From NCBI GenBank assembly GCA_964016885.1, contig OZ024749.1, positions 46,748,001-46,812,000 on the forward strand: 64,000 nucleotides of DNA. Reading direction: 5' to 3'. Made by a program: the position numbers and the translations under genes. This document shows, piece after piece, positions 28,616 through 41,660 of this stretch (positions within the stretch are counted from its first letter, which is position 1; every line of letters starts with the position of its first letter). Source of the DNA: Eledone cirrhosa (Eukaryota). Below the pieces are notes generated by a model that saw only the letters and a program-made list of their open reading frames with translations, was not told the DNA's origin and did no database searches.

Positions 28616-31600
28616 ACTCACATACACAAAAAGTAAAGTAATAAATACAAGTGAATAAACAGTATGAAAAAAAGGGTTACATGATTTACTGCATAGAAAG
28701 GCAGTAATGCTGATTAAAAGTAATGAAAATAGTATAATTTGTATTCTTTTATGTTTTGTTTCTTTAATGTTTCTAACACGGATTTTATTGTCAGTAATTA
28801 TATGACGGATTGATGTACAGCCAAAATACTAAAGTGTCTGAGAAAACTCTAAAATCAGAGATCGTCAATATTTATGACCATTCATTCAATCAGAACTTTG
28901 ATGTACATTCCAGCCAGCGACTAAATACTGGGACTATATCTAAAAATTGAATCAAATAAATTACTGTTTTCTTTACTTACATTTCTAGTAATGTCAACTC
29001 TTTTATTAATTTGTGTGTTTGTAAATTATGTTTTATTATGTCGCTATTTTTATTAGAAATATATGTTAAAAATATACGATGTTTTGAGTCAAAAACAAAC
29101 ACTGTGTATTTAAAGTTATTTATTGGAAGGGGATCATATATATTTGACTATGGATATTCTGGTGGAATATCTACTGTAGATCAGTTGATATAGAGCTCTT
29201 AAATATTATTTTTTAACTATTCAATCCCAAATTGTATTCACTGCGTCGTACATTTACATACTAACAATTATACATATATTCCCACCCCACACAATCACAG
29301 GCATGAATGCATATATATATATATATATATATATATCAAACAGGTAAATATATATATATATATATATATTTACCTGTTTGATGAATGCATATATATATAT
29401 ATATATATTCATGGATACATCAAACCGGTAAACATAAGTCATTAGATTCACGCTTTATATGGAAAACTATATATGCAAACTAATAATACAATATTGAAGG
29501 TAGAAGTAAACTGATAACGTCCGTGCATGTAGACAGAGCGTTCCACCGTTACAAACTTCTACTTCTATATAATTGTCTCATTTGCCAGTACATCAGTATA
29601 TTCTTGGGGATTTGAACACTGCGAAACATGCGGCCGTAAATGTGCACGATATTCTCGACGACAAAAGAACCTTACTAGATGTCCCACAATTACACTCGTA
29701 TTGGAGGAATACGCGTTTGTAAACCCATCTGGGAGAAAGGCTTAATTTAGTTGTTGACTGCACTTTTCTGTTGAGAGTGTCCAATGATTGAGTCGTGTGC
29801 AAAATGCCCCTCTGTCACTTTTTCTCTTTTTTTTCTGTCTATTCCTTTCTGTTTTTCTGTCTCTTTCTTTCTTTATTTCTCTCTACATCTCTGTCTCTGT
29901 CTTTCTCTCTCTCCTTCTCATTCTCTCGAACTGCTTATCTATTTCTTTATAACAAAGGTTTCTTTATTGCCACATATTTATCAGGATTTTTTATCCTGAA
30001 ATAAACGTTGTTTTTTTTATTCAGCACAACTATATCTGCCTTCATCGTAAACTTTTCAAGTTACATAAATCATTTTTATAACGAAATTTGGAAAGTTACC
30101 GGATTTGAGGCACCTTTCCTTGCAACAGAGCTCTGTCTCCGACACATTCTTAAAGTAAAGAAACATACTTTGAATGACATTCCCTACCAAATATTATTCT
30201 TTGAAACTTATGATTGTTACAGCAATAAAAGTTAAACGATATTCATGCAATGAAAGTTAATTCAAATCATATAACAATTCTTATTAAAAGGAGATAATCG
30301 ATATGAGACTGTCAATCAAACATTATTAACCGGAACATGCAGAAATCAATTAGCATAGTGTAGCAAAATATATTCTTAACAAAACAGTTGATATTCCAGA
30401 TTTGTACATTTATATGAATGAAAAACAATAAATAGTACATCTTAGGAATATCTAGTGATACAAATTGCATATTTTATAGCTCAGTAGTTTCTCAATGTTA
30501 CATACTGTTTAAATGACACAACATTTATTGTTGAATAATAATTTCTAATTTAAATGACAACCTCTGCATTTTAATGGAAATACAAAATTGAATAGATATT
30601 ATTACTTATGTATTATAACATTATAAATGTTATATGAACGACAAGAATTAGAATGTAAACGAAATAATGCAACACGCTATTTAAATATAGAGATAGAACA
30701 ATTTATAATTTTCAAAAAAGAGATTAGATATAATCAATATATATATTGCAAACAAAAAATCATAATTTTAATGAAGTAATTTAAACATTAATATGTGTAG
30801 AAAGATTTTATTAGTAATTCCTAACATATCAGGCTACATTAATTGAGAATCAACCATAATTTAAATGGAATAATTTACACCTTATTAGTGAAAATACGTA
30901 ATTAAAATGACGCAAGAACAAGTATATATTTATAGATATAATAAAATATACATGAGCTAATTAAACAAATATATTTTCATGGAAATACTTATTTACATGT
31001 TTTACCTAAGATCAGGGGAATATAAAAAAACATAAATCACTTTTTCAAATTATGTAACGCGGCGAATATTTTTAATGAATATGCATAATTTCAAATACAT
31101 CAATTCGCAAAACATATTAATGGAAATAAAACACAAAACTAATGACATCCTTTAGAAAAGAAAGGAAACAAATAAAGGAAGCACCGAAACGCTCAATGAC
31201 AAAATTACGAAAAAGAACCCCAAAACAATACATTATTAATGGAAGTGCACAATTATAATTACATAGCATAGTAAACCTTATTAACAAAAATGCATATCTC
31301 ATAAGTTGGAAAACAGTTTTAATTAAAAAGCGTAAATTATTAAATAACGTAAGTTATTAAAATGTATAAATAAAGGGTAAAATATATAGTGGAACTGTAA
31401 AATGAATGCATTTGTAATAGAAATGCTTAATTGAAATTATATCTTATACGAACACATGTTAATGGAGAATCATAATTTAAAGGAAATATTGAAACGAACG
31501 GAAAATCTTATATGATACCTTTCTAAACAATATTAACTGAATAGAAAACTTGCTTTTAAATTCCATTGATTTGCAAATCTTATGAAGGACGATATATTTC

Positions 31601-32058
31601 AAGGAGATAAGTCAATGATATTTTTTTTAATGAGGTAATTGATTTTAATGGAAATAATCTAATTAAATTGGCATTATTTATAAAAACTTATTAATGGAAA
31701 ACATGGAACTATTAATTAAGTAATTTAGAAAGAATGATCAATGAAATAGATGATGCGATTTTAAAGATATATTTAAACACGAGATCAGTGAAAGCAGAAT
31801 TAACAATGAACTAAATTGAACACAATACTACATATATAACACTATGTTATTTGAATTACACTTCTTAACAAATATTAAGGGTTATATAACACGTAGAGCT
31901 TGTAAAATAAATTATAGAATGAAGGAAATTAAAGTCTAACTAATATATATATAGTATGCACTAGCATGTAAGTATCTAAATGTATCATCAGATGAATTTG
32001 TATGTTACAGAACACATACATGCATACACACACACCTATACACACACGTACCCCCCCC

Positions 32059-32100
<42 letters not shown>

Positions 32101-32102
<2 letters not shown>

Positions 32103-32256
32103 GGGATAACAAATTAATATTATAGGTAGTCCACTTAGATGGAGTCCAGTTAGGGTACCTCGAGTAGTGGATAGTATCAACGCTTGGCTAAATTTGAATC
32201 AACAAGGCGTTTCCAGCCCTTATTGTATAGCAAACCGTGTGACTCTTCTTTCTTGA
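32101..32256 (-). mobile_element. (TA)n-flanked repeat fragment with an HHR 3' half
   Basis: Minus strand GAAAC-gccttg...caagc-GTT (32179-32213); no CUGANGA found upstream. Confidence 0.35.
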
Positions 32257-32279
32257 TGTATATATATATATATATATAT

Positions 32280-32335
<56 letters not shown>

Positions 32336-32359
32336 TTATATACATATATATTTATATAC

Positions 32360-32425
<66 letters not shown>

Positions 32426-32482
32426 TCTAAGTAAATATACAATAATTTAAAATATGTCTCATGAGCATTATGGGATATACAA

Positions 32483-32674
32483 ATTTATGGCGGTGGTTTG
32501 GCAGTATCGGTAGAGGGTCGGACGCCATGCTTTGATGCATAGAGTTACGGCCCTTGCTATTCTGAGTTCATATCCCGCCGAGGTTAACTTTGCCTTTCAT
32601 CCTTACGGGGTCGATAAAATAAAGTACCAGTAACGTACTGGTGAATTTCTGGCCTTGTGCCAATTGTAGAAACA
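32483..32674 (+). mobile_element. Full-length SINE family A
   Basis: A/B boxes and core; perfect 16-bp TSD attatgggatatacaa at 32467-32482 and 32675-32690. Confidence 0.95.
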
Positions 32675-32835
32675 ATTATGGGATATACAATAAATTCAAG
32701 TTTTGACTTCACAGACACCTCTCGTTAAAAGTTCTTTTACGAATCATCAAAGGTGCCTGTGTGCTTTTAGAAAATTTGCAGGAATATGCTACTCAATTTA
32801 TTATAACAAACTACACACACATGTACACACACTTA

Positions 32836-32937
<102 letters not shown>

Positions 32938-33841
32938 AACACAATCATACATCTATACACTTATACATACACACATATATATATATATATCTATATACCT
33001 AAGCATACATATTATACAAGTATATGATTATGCATATGTATGTACCCATATCTTTTGGAATTAGGTGATGTATCATAGAGAGGGCAGATAATTTTGAGTA
33101 AATAATAAATACCTTTCAACAAATATCCAATATATGTAATGCATTTATTTATTTCTCACGGGGCATATAAATAAATGAATATATATATATATTAATAACA
33201 ATTATGGACATTTCATATCGCTGAAATATCTTTTCATCATAACTAACGCAGACTACAGACATGTCTCTTGTAAATGAATAAGATACGAATAAATAATTGA
33301 CCTGTATAATTATCTATCTTAATAGAAGCAATTTCCATCAACATAATTTAGAACTGATATATCAAACAATATGTGCCAAATATTCCGTTTTATCACCATA
33401 CAGTGCAATGTTACTAATGTCATTTTATTTAATTTAAATCCAAAACAACTATATGCAAGTTAGTGTAAAATGATATATTATGACGTGTATCTTTGTGAAC
33501 TTATAAAATAGTTAAATAATTTCAAATGACTTACATGTGCTGAATAAGCTCTGTATTGTTTGTAAACATATCGTTTTATATAGTTACTTGGGATTTATTT
33601 TATTCATCGGGACAAGTGTGTTCATCCTATGAAATTAATAAAGAACCATAAACACCGCACGTTTGATGTAGTCAATCGATCTCAGGATGTGTGCACAGTC
33701 ATTATGTATTCATAATTAACAAATTATGCTTGACTTTCAAAGGGTTACTGCTCAGCATTTTGTCTAAACGTATATATACTCATATCTGCACACACATGCA
33801 TATATGTACATATATGTTGTTTTGTTTTGTGTTTATATTTT

Positions 33842-33886
33842 ACACACATACACACACACAGACACACACACACACACACACATATT

Positions 33887-33948
<62 letters not shown>

Positions 33949-33994
33949 CGTACATACATACATACATACATACATACATACATACATACATACA

Positions 33995-34026
<32 letters not shown>

Positions 34027-34030
34027 CACA
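33842..34030. repeat. Compound (CA)n-(TA)n-(TACA)n microsatellite
   Basis: Read directly. Confidence 0.95.
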
Positions 34031-34972
34031 TAACATATACATATATGTATGTATGTATCTATACGTGTGCTTTCCTGTGTTTTTGTTGATGCTTTGTGAG
34101 ATCTCAATTTTCAATATTACAAAATCTGTGCGAAATTTTTGCAAGTGGATTCGATAAGTCTAGTTCTATGTACGGAAAATACGATTGCACTCTCAATTGC
34201 CTGTATTCAGATAGATTACTACTGCGCTATCTGTCTGTGTATGTTTGTATCACAATTTCCTTCTTCCTATCGTTTGCGAAGCGTTCCAATATGATATCTA
34301 TACTTGAATAGATTCACTGTTCAGAGCGTATAAATAAAGAAAGAGAAAACAATATAGAAAAAGAAATAAAAATATCACAAAACATCAAGGTATTGTTATG
34401 GTAGAAATCTCACATGATAATTCTATTTTATATTTCATATAACAGCCCGCCACAAGCTACATTTATATGCTTTATTCTATCTATTCTTTCCCCCGTGACA
34501 CACTCTCCACACTACCCACGTTCATGATTTCTCTTTCTGATCTAACTTTCCTTCTTCTTCCTTATCAGGAACACATACTCCGTCGGCTTATACGTGTCTC
34601 TGTAGGAGTAATGTGCAAAACTTGATAGATAGTTACATATTAATGTTGCCATGCCAAGCTGTATGCATATCAGAATATGCGTGCATTTATGGACGTGGGT
34701 GATTGTGTATATGTTGCTTTATATAGGTTTCCGTGTATGATGCACGTGTATGTTTGTGATAGTGTTTTATTATTCATGTGTCAGTGCGTGTATCTGTTTC
34801 TGGGAATGTTTGCGTTTGTATGTGAGTGTATCTGAGCTGAATATACTGTGTTTTGTTATTGAAAATAAAGTTGTGTTTAGGTTTCGTATGTCATCCAATA
34901 TTCAGGAGAATTTGTCTGGCTTGGAAATATACTCACAAATATGAATAAATGTGTCTGTCTGTCCGTTTCGTT

Positions 34973-35095
<123 letters not shown>

Positions 35096-36151
35096 ATAAC
35101 ATAATTGTTTCTATGTGTGTGCGAATGTTATTGTATGTAAATGTGTGTGTATTTGGATGGATGATTCATTCTCTATATGCAATTATATATCGTTCACAAA
35201 ATTTCCAGACAGGTGTGCAATCAAACGTAAACTTCACTTTCCTAACTAAAAATTCTCATATTCATACATACACACTCTACATATCCCCGTATATTCACAT
35301 AGCCTAGTACACCCATAGATACAGTCACGTACATGCAAGTGCCTGGATAGCTGTAAGTTCTCTGAATAATTACAACTGAATATGAAATTCCGAAACAAAA
35401 TACAAGGTTTCTGCATTGGGAAGTGTGCTTATATAACACTGGCTGTATAAAACCAACGTGTCATAATCACTTATGTATATTTCTGAATGATTAAATTGAT
35501 ATTTAGCCTCAGGTCAGCCTTGTTGCAATAGGCACTTGATCGAAATCATTGTAGGAAATAATCATCAGCTATTTTGCCATTAACTATATGAACAGTTTTT
35601 TTACTTGTCTTTTAAATTTTCATTGTACTCAGCTATGTTATGGTGAAAATTAATCTGCAATTTGCAGCTGGAACAATAATGACGTAGCTACCTATTTAAG
35701 GTCTCACCTGTAGAGTATAATTCTTATGCAGTGTATTTTGCTTAGGTGTTGATCATGTTGTTGAGACTTTGCCCCAGGTTTATGTTTATCAACCTCACAT
35801 ATCATTCAAGAGATTTTAGCCGCGAACATCTTGACGTTTCATATGATCCAGTGCACAAATAAACTCAGTATCAATCATGTCCACTTGCATAATTGTAGGA
35901 TGTGATCTCAGGGAACTTTGGCGGCAATTTCCTGCTTGTTAACTGATGAAATATTGTATCCCTCAATGCCAAGGTTGGTATCCCATTCATGCATGTTGGC
36001 TAAATAAATTATCAAAAAATATAGCTGCGTCAATAAATTCATATGAAGCTGTTAATTTTCTCTATGAATATCATTTATATGTATAAAGCTAAAGAAGTCA
36101 GAAATAATATACAGAGCAGTCATTGCTGACGTAATAAATGACAGCATTATT

Positions 36152-36268
36152 GTGTTGAAATCCCGCCGAGGTTAAAAGTGCCTTTCATCATTACGGGGTC
36201 GATATAATAAAGCACCAGTAATACACTGGAATAATTGCTGGCCTTGTGCCAACAGTAGAAACACTTAT
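36152..36268 (+). mobile_element. 5'-truncated SINE family A
   Basis: B-box remnant, core and 3' end gtagaaacacttat. Confidence 0.88.
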
Positions 36269-36727
36269 GTGTGTACCTATTTACTTAATATGTCATGAAG
36301 TGTCCCTATCTATTTACTTGTTCCAATCTCTGATTACAATTACTATAGGAGTGAATTAGTGTTATATGAGGTGTATTCAATAAACTTTATAATTATTGCT
36401 CTGTATGTATCAGTTTAATCAATAAGGGATAGGATATGGTATGTATTTGTTCCTGGTGTATTTATCTGCTGTGTCCTTATACAAAGCTATTAACTCAGTA
36501 GAATAAAAGCTCATAATCATAGCGAGAGGATGCTATTATCTCATGAATTAATTACAATGTGGCTTTTCTAGGAACTTAACAGCATGTAATTATTAACATG
36601 TAAATAAGTATTAAGAAATGAATATCATAATTAGCAGAAGGACGCACGAATCATATATTGGATTGTGTAGTTGTTCCTCTGTTGGTTTCGATATAAAATG
36701 TCCTTTAGGTCAATGTGCCCTTTCATC

Positions 36728-36933
36728 GAGGAATGTCAAACTGAGGGTCCCCCGAGGGGCACATGGGTCACATATGTGTTTTCTGAGGGCCACACAGGAC
36801 GACTAATTGCGCACATTGCAACAAATATGTTTTATTTTATATTACGCTCAGGCTTTAAAAACCTTTGTGCGGACCGCAGGTGTGCTTGTAAAGGGCTGCA
36901 TGCGGCCTGCGAGCCGCATGTGTATCATGCTTG
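36728..36933. mobile_element. Decayed hAT (Charlie-like) MITE
   Basis: Ends gaggaatgtcaaact... and ...gcatgcggcctgcgagccgcatgtgtatcatgcttg resemble the GCGGCCCGCGGGCCGC subterminal palindromes of hAT-Charlie MITEs; TSD unclear. Confidence 0.5.
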
Positions 36934-38101
36934 CCTTAATTCATCCTGCATTAATATTAATATTTGCGATGATATTCCATAGTATAATATTCAGACAGTT
37001 ATTAGAGTATTGTCGCAACACTATGATAATGTGAAACCACTGAAAAGTATGAAGTAGATTAAAACAATGAGGCATATATGAATATTTTAATATGTAAATC
37101 TCATTGGATGAGCTTTCTTCATTAGGTCTTTAAAATAGTTTTATAGAATTTTGCATTCGAAGACATATACATTAATCACAAATATACTATAAAGATATTT
37201 CATAGGAGCGACAAATGTGTACAGTGCGCTATAGAACAAACACCCAATTTCAGACAAACAGGAACAAGAAGACATTGTAAATAATGTAAGCAATTATTCT
37301 ATATTTTAATAAAAGTTGCAGAAAAATCAATCATAAATAAAACGGGATAGTGACTTTGTGAATAAGTAACAGGTTGTATATCTGTTTAACCAGTAATGGG
37401 CAAATGATGATATATATTTCGCAAAATATGTTTGTAGTACAATATTGTGTGATATTGTACAAGATTGTGTGATATTGTTCCTGTCAACCTTACATAGGAT
37501 ATTCGTGCTAGAGATACCAGCATATATTATATAGAACATTACGCCATCAAACATTACCTACAAAATCCTGTGTAGATGTTTTAACGGTCATTATTTCCTG
37601 TCCTTCAGCAAAACCGCCGGCGCCTATCATCGATAACATACGAATAGGTGACGTTTATAATTCGTTTTAAGTTAATTAGTATTCTAAACTAAAATAATGA
37701 AAATATACTACCAATTTGGATCTCCATCGTGTTACACTGAGCATTAATATCGCGTAGATCGATAATATTTGTGAATCAATTCATCGATGTATAGAATACG
37801 GAATTGAAAACAACTAGGATGTTATATCACTGCTATGGCAAGTAATCTTAACAAATAAAACATTCTTGATCTAATTAACAATAACACTGCTGACTGCTAA
37901 TTGGAGTGAATAGTCCATTTCATTAAGTAGAGTAAGAATGTTTGAGATGTTAATGCAGCGAATACACAGAGTATAAAAGCTTGCGATATGTCTTGCAGGA
38001 TTTTGAATTTTGACTATAAATCTATAAACCTTGTAAACTGGGTTCGTCAAGTAACCACTTATACAATTGAACTGTTACCTACACACACACACATACACAC
38101 A

Positions 38102-38194
<93 letters not shown>

Positions 38195-38231
38195 GATGTA
38201 TATATCAATACATATATTATATATATATATA

Positions 38232-38895
38232 TTTCTCTTGACCACTATCTTTCCCTTGTCATAACATTCTCTATAAAGGCTACAGAATAGATTTCCAAAT
38301 AAGGGAGCGAAAATCTAGTGAAAACTTGTTCACGTGACAGCCAAATTTCTTTTATAACCAATCAAATCACGTTTATTAAAAAAAATCCTTCGTGAGCCAC
38401 CTTTTTTTAAAGTAAATCAATTCAAACTCACACACACACACACACACACAAGCACACAAATAAACATACATATCTTGACCTTCTTTATTCAATAGAAAAT
38501 CTGAATTCTGACGCCCCAGCGAACTAACCATATTCACTGAACCAGAACAATTCTCCCATCCCTTTCTCTTGACCATTATCTTTCACTTATCAAATCCCGA
38601 GTTCACTGAGTTCAAATCCCGCCGAGGTTAACTTTGCCTTTCATCCTTACGGGGTCGATAAAATAAAGTACCAGTAATACACTTGGTAATTGCTGGCCTT
38701 GTGCCTAACGTAGAAACAATTATCTTTCACTTATCATAACATTCTCTAAAAAGGCTACAGAGTGGATTTCCAAATAAGGGCACGCAAATTTAATGAAAAC
38801 TTGTTCACGTGACAGGATAATTTCATTTATAACCAACCCCCCAAAAAAGCCTTCGTGAGCCTCTTTTTTCAAGTAAAAAGAAATTCAAATACTCA
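38232..38895 (+). repeat. Diverged ~200-bp direct duplication; second copy interrupted by a SINE
   Basis: 38232-38430 aligns to 38563-38592 plus 38737-38895 (shared gaaaacttgttcacgtgacag and ccttcgtgagcc). Confidence 0.9.
38593..38718 (+). mobile_element. 5'-truncated SINE family A
   Basis: Perfect 18-bp TSD attatctttcacttatca at 38575-38592 and 38719-38736. Confidence 0.95.
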
Positions 38896-39075
38896 TATAT
38901 GAAAAAACAACATGTGACAAACCCCCCCTCTCATTTGAAGAACTATTGTAACGCGAACTGGCGCGAAATTTATTATAATTATTGACAAACCAATCAAATT
39001 ACTTCTCGAAAAACCTGGCATTTCGAGCCACTTTTTCCATATAAAACAAGTAACATTCAGAGACCAACCAGATGC

Positions 39076-39216
39076 GAGAAAAACCACAGACCCTCCATCT
39101 CAACTCACCTTTTGAAAAGCAAAAGAACTGCGAAACCGGTAAAGGAACCAAATAAATATATATATTTAAAAAAAATATAAGACTCCTGTTGCATTTTCGA
39201 TTCCATCTCTTTTTCT
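39076..39216 (+). mobile_element. HHR-bearing repeat (family Q), copy 1
   Basis: About 140 bp of clear similarity to 59427-59570; AATAAA at 39151-39156. Confidence 0.85.
39108..39145 (+). ncRNA. Minimal hammerhead motif with U3-A8 core variant
   Basis: cctt-TTGAAAA-gca-aaagaac-tgc-GAAAC-cg-GTA-aagg; stem I cctt/aagg, stem II gca/tgc, palindromic stem III ACCGGT, GUA site. Confidence 0.65.
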
Positions 39217-39282
39217 TTATACTTTCACTCGTGTAGGACACCTCGGTTATTTTTCAATTTGTAAAAAAAACCTCACTTTCTA

Positions 39283-39334
<52 letters not shown>

Positions 39335-39337
<3 letters not shown>

Positions 39338-39546
39338 CGAGTAAGACCCCGACGGCTAATTCTGGACTAGAATAATTCTAGCTCTGGATTGCTAATAATA
39401 GTTACCTAGTCCAGAATTAGCCGTCGAAACAGCTTGAGTTCAGCCGTCGGGGTCCTACTCGTTCCTATACTCACTCTACTACCCTAAGCATTGAGTACTT
39501 TGCGGAGTTATGGTCCATCTGGTTCCTTACCACATTTCCTTCGTTA
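39335..39546 (+). mobile_element. Fold-back half-hammerhead element (family P), copy 2, with a loop matching nearby DNA
   Basis: Nested inverted repeats gaacgagtaagacccc/ggggtcctactcgttc and gacggctaattctggactag/ctagtccagaattagccgtc; shared family tail; (TA)n flanks. Confidence 0.88.
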
Positions 39547-39567
39547 TATATATATATATATATATAT

Positions 39568-39786
39568 ACCGCCATCAATCGACTTTCGTCAAAGCAGACC
39601 GAGGAGACAATGTTTCCATTCGTTTTTCCAATTGCTAATACTATCTATCGGTAGAAACTCCATGTAGAAGTAACAATGTGAAATAAAGTGTCTTGCTCAA
39701 GGACATAACGCATCGCCCTGTCCAGGAATCGAACTTACAACCCCACTATTGTGAATCCAATTTTCTAATCACTCAGCCACGCGCCT
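39568..39786 (-). mobile_element. Second tRNA-derived SINE family (CORE/V-like domain)
   Basis: Minus strand: ggcgcgtggctgagtgattag (A-box) ... gttcgattcc (B-box) ... tgtccttgagcaagacacttt; (TA)n on both sides. Confidence 0.8.
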
Positions 39787-40468
39787 ATATATATATATAG
39801 GTGACTATAGCCATAATCGTGTCTTTATTTTGCATCTTGTCGGCGCAGCGATAGTTGAAATGATACATTTCTCGTTTGTAATATTGAATTACATAACAAC
39901 ATGGAATTTTATTCATTGTAAAACAAACTTCAAAATAATTATACGGACAAAGAAAAATAAATATTAAGATGACAATATAAGTTACAATCTACGTAAACAG
40001 AAATACTGGTCTAGTTGTTAATTAATTTATAAATATATATATTAACTAAAACCGATTTTAATATGCTAATATTCTAACGTTATATAATTTCAGTTGCAAT
40101 GTGTAAACAGAGATAGAAATACAACACTTCGGAACCCTTAGATACCATGATGTTGTAAACATCAAATGGAGAATAATGTCTTCAAAACGTAAGACAAATA
40201 TTATGTGTAATTAGATTTGTACGAAATAATGCAGCAGTGAGAATTAAATTAATTAAATCTGTTTTCTCTATGAATATCTGAGATTTGAAACAAACGTTGT
40301 ATGCATATTGATTTGTTATAATAAATTTTGATATTTCCAATTCCGATTTTTCCTTTGTTACCTCATGAGCAACTAAAGTTACGGGATCAGAAGATTTACG
40401 TGTTATGCATATAACATTCAAAACCACATGATTTTATAGTCAATGATGCAAAGACAAAAGCAAATAAT

Positions 40469-40645
40469 TGTTTCTACTTTAGACACAATGCCAGCAATTA
40501 CCCAGTGCATTACTGGTACTTTATGTTATCGAACCCATAAGGATGAAAGGCAAAGTCAACCTCGGCGGGATTTGAACTCAGATCGTAAAGGGACGTAACT
40601 ATGCTGGAAAGCATGGCGTCCGACCCTCTACCGATACTGCCAATC
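40469..40645 (-). mobile_element. Near-full-length SINE family A
   Basis: 20-bp TSD caaaga(c/t)aaaagcaaataat at 40449-40468 and 40646-40665. Confidence 0.95.
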
Positions 40646-41333
40646 CAAAGATAAAAGCAAATAATATAAATGTAACTTACAGAAAATTTGTAACACGAGA
40701 TATACCTTCTGAAATTTACAGAAAACATACTGAGATTAATTAAATTATAGAACATCAGGGAAGCTGTGTATAGTGTGTGCTAGACACTAGGCATGGGACC
40801 AGAGTTGACATGTTATTTGAAGCAAAGTGTTTATTAGTGGGCACGCATCCAATGCGTCGTATCCCTATTCAATATTCTTAGCTGCAAATCTATAAATAAT
40901 GTTCGTATCTGCTTACACAAACAATTAAACACGACTAAATAGATACACATAGACATACACACACTCACATACACACACGCACACATACACACACATAATA
41001 TAAACTTATATATATATATGTGTGTATGTGTGCATGTATGTATATATATATATATATGTTTGTGTGTATATATATATATATAGATATATATACACACACA
41101 AACATATATTAATATATATACATACATGCACACATACACACACACACACATATATATACACCAGGATTTTTTCATTCTGATGATTGAAAGCAAACCTTTT
41201 TTGCTTATTGTGGGTTACAATTGTTTCAGATGCATGATTAATTTTTCGTTTTCTATTCTATCATACTCTGCTCTGTAAGAGCATAGAGTATTCGACCGGC
41301 ATACCACATATGGAAGCATCTTCACAACCATCA

Positions 41334-41660
<327 letters not shown>

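Noticed and set aside
32489-32580. SINE heads as tRNA genes
   Set aside because: A/B boxes are present, but there is no intact cloverleaf and each runs into the SINE core and tail with TSDs.
39335-39465. Family P repeat-spacer-repeat as a CRISPR-like array
   Set aside because: Copies are dispersed, the repeats are inverted rather than direct, no cas genes are present, and the context is eukaryotic.
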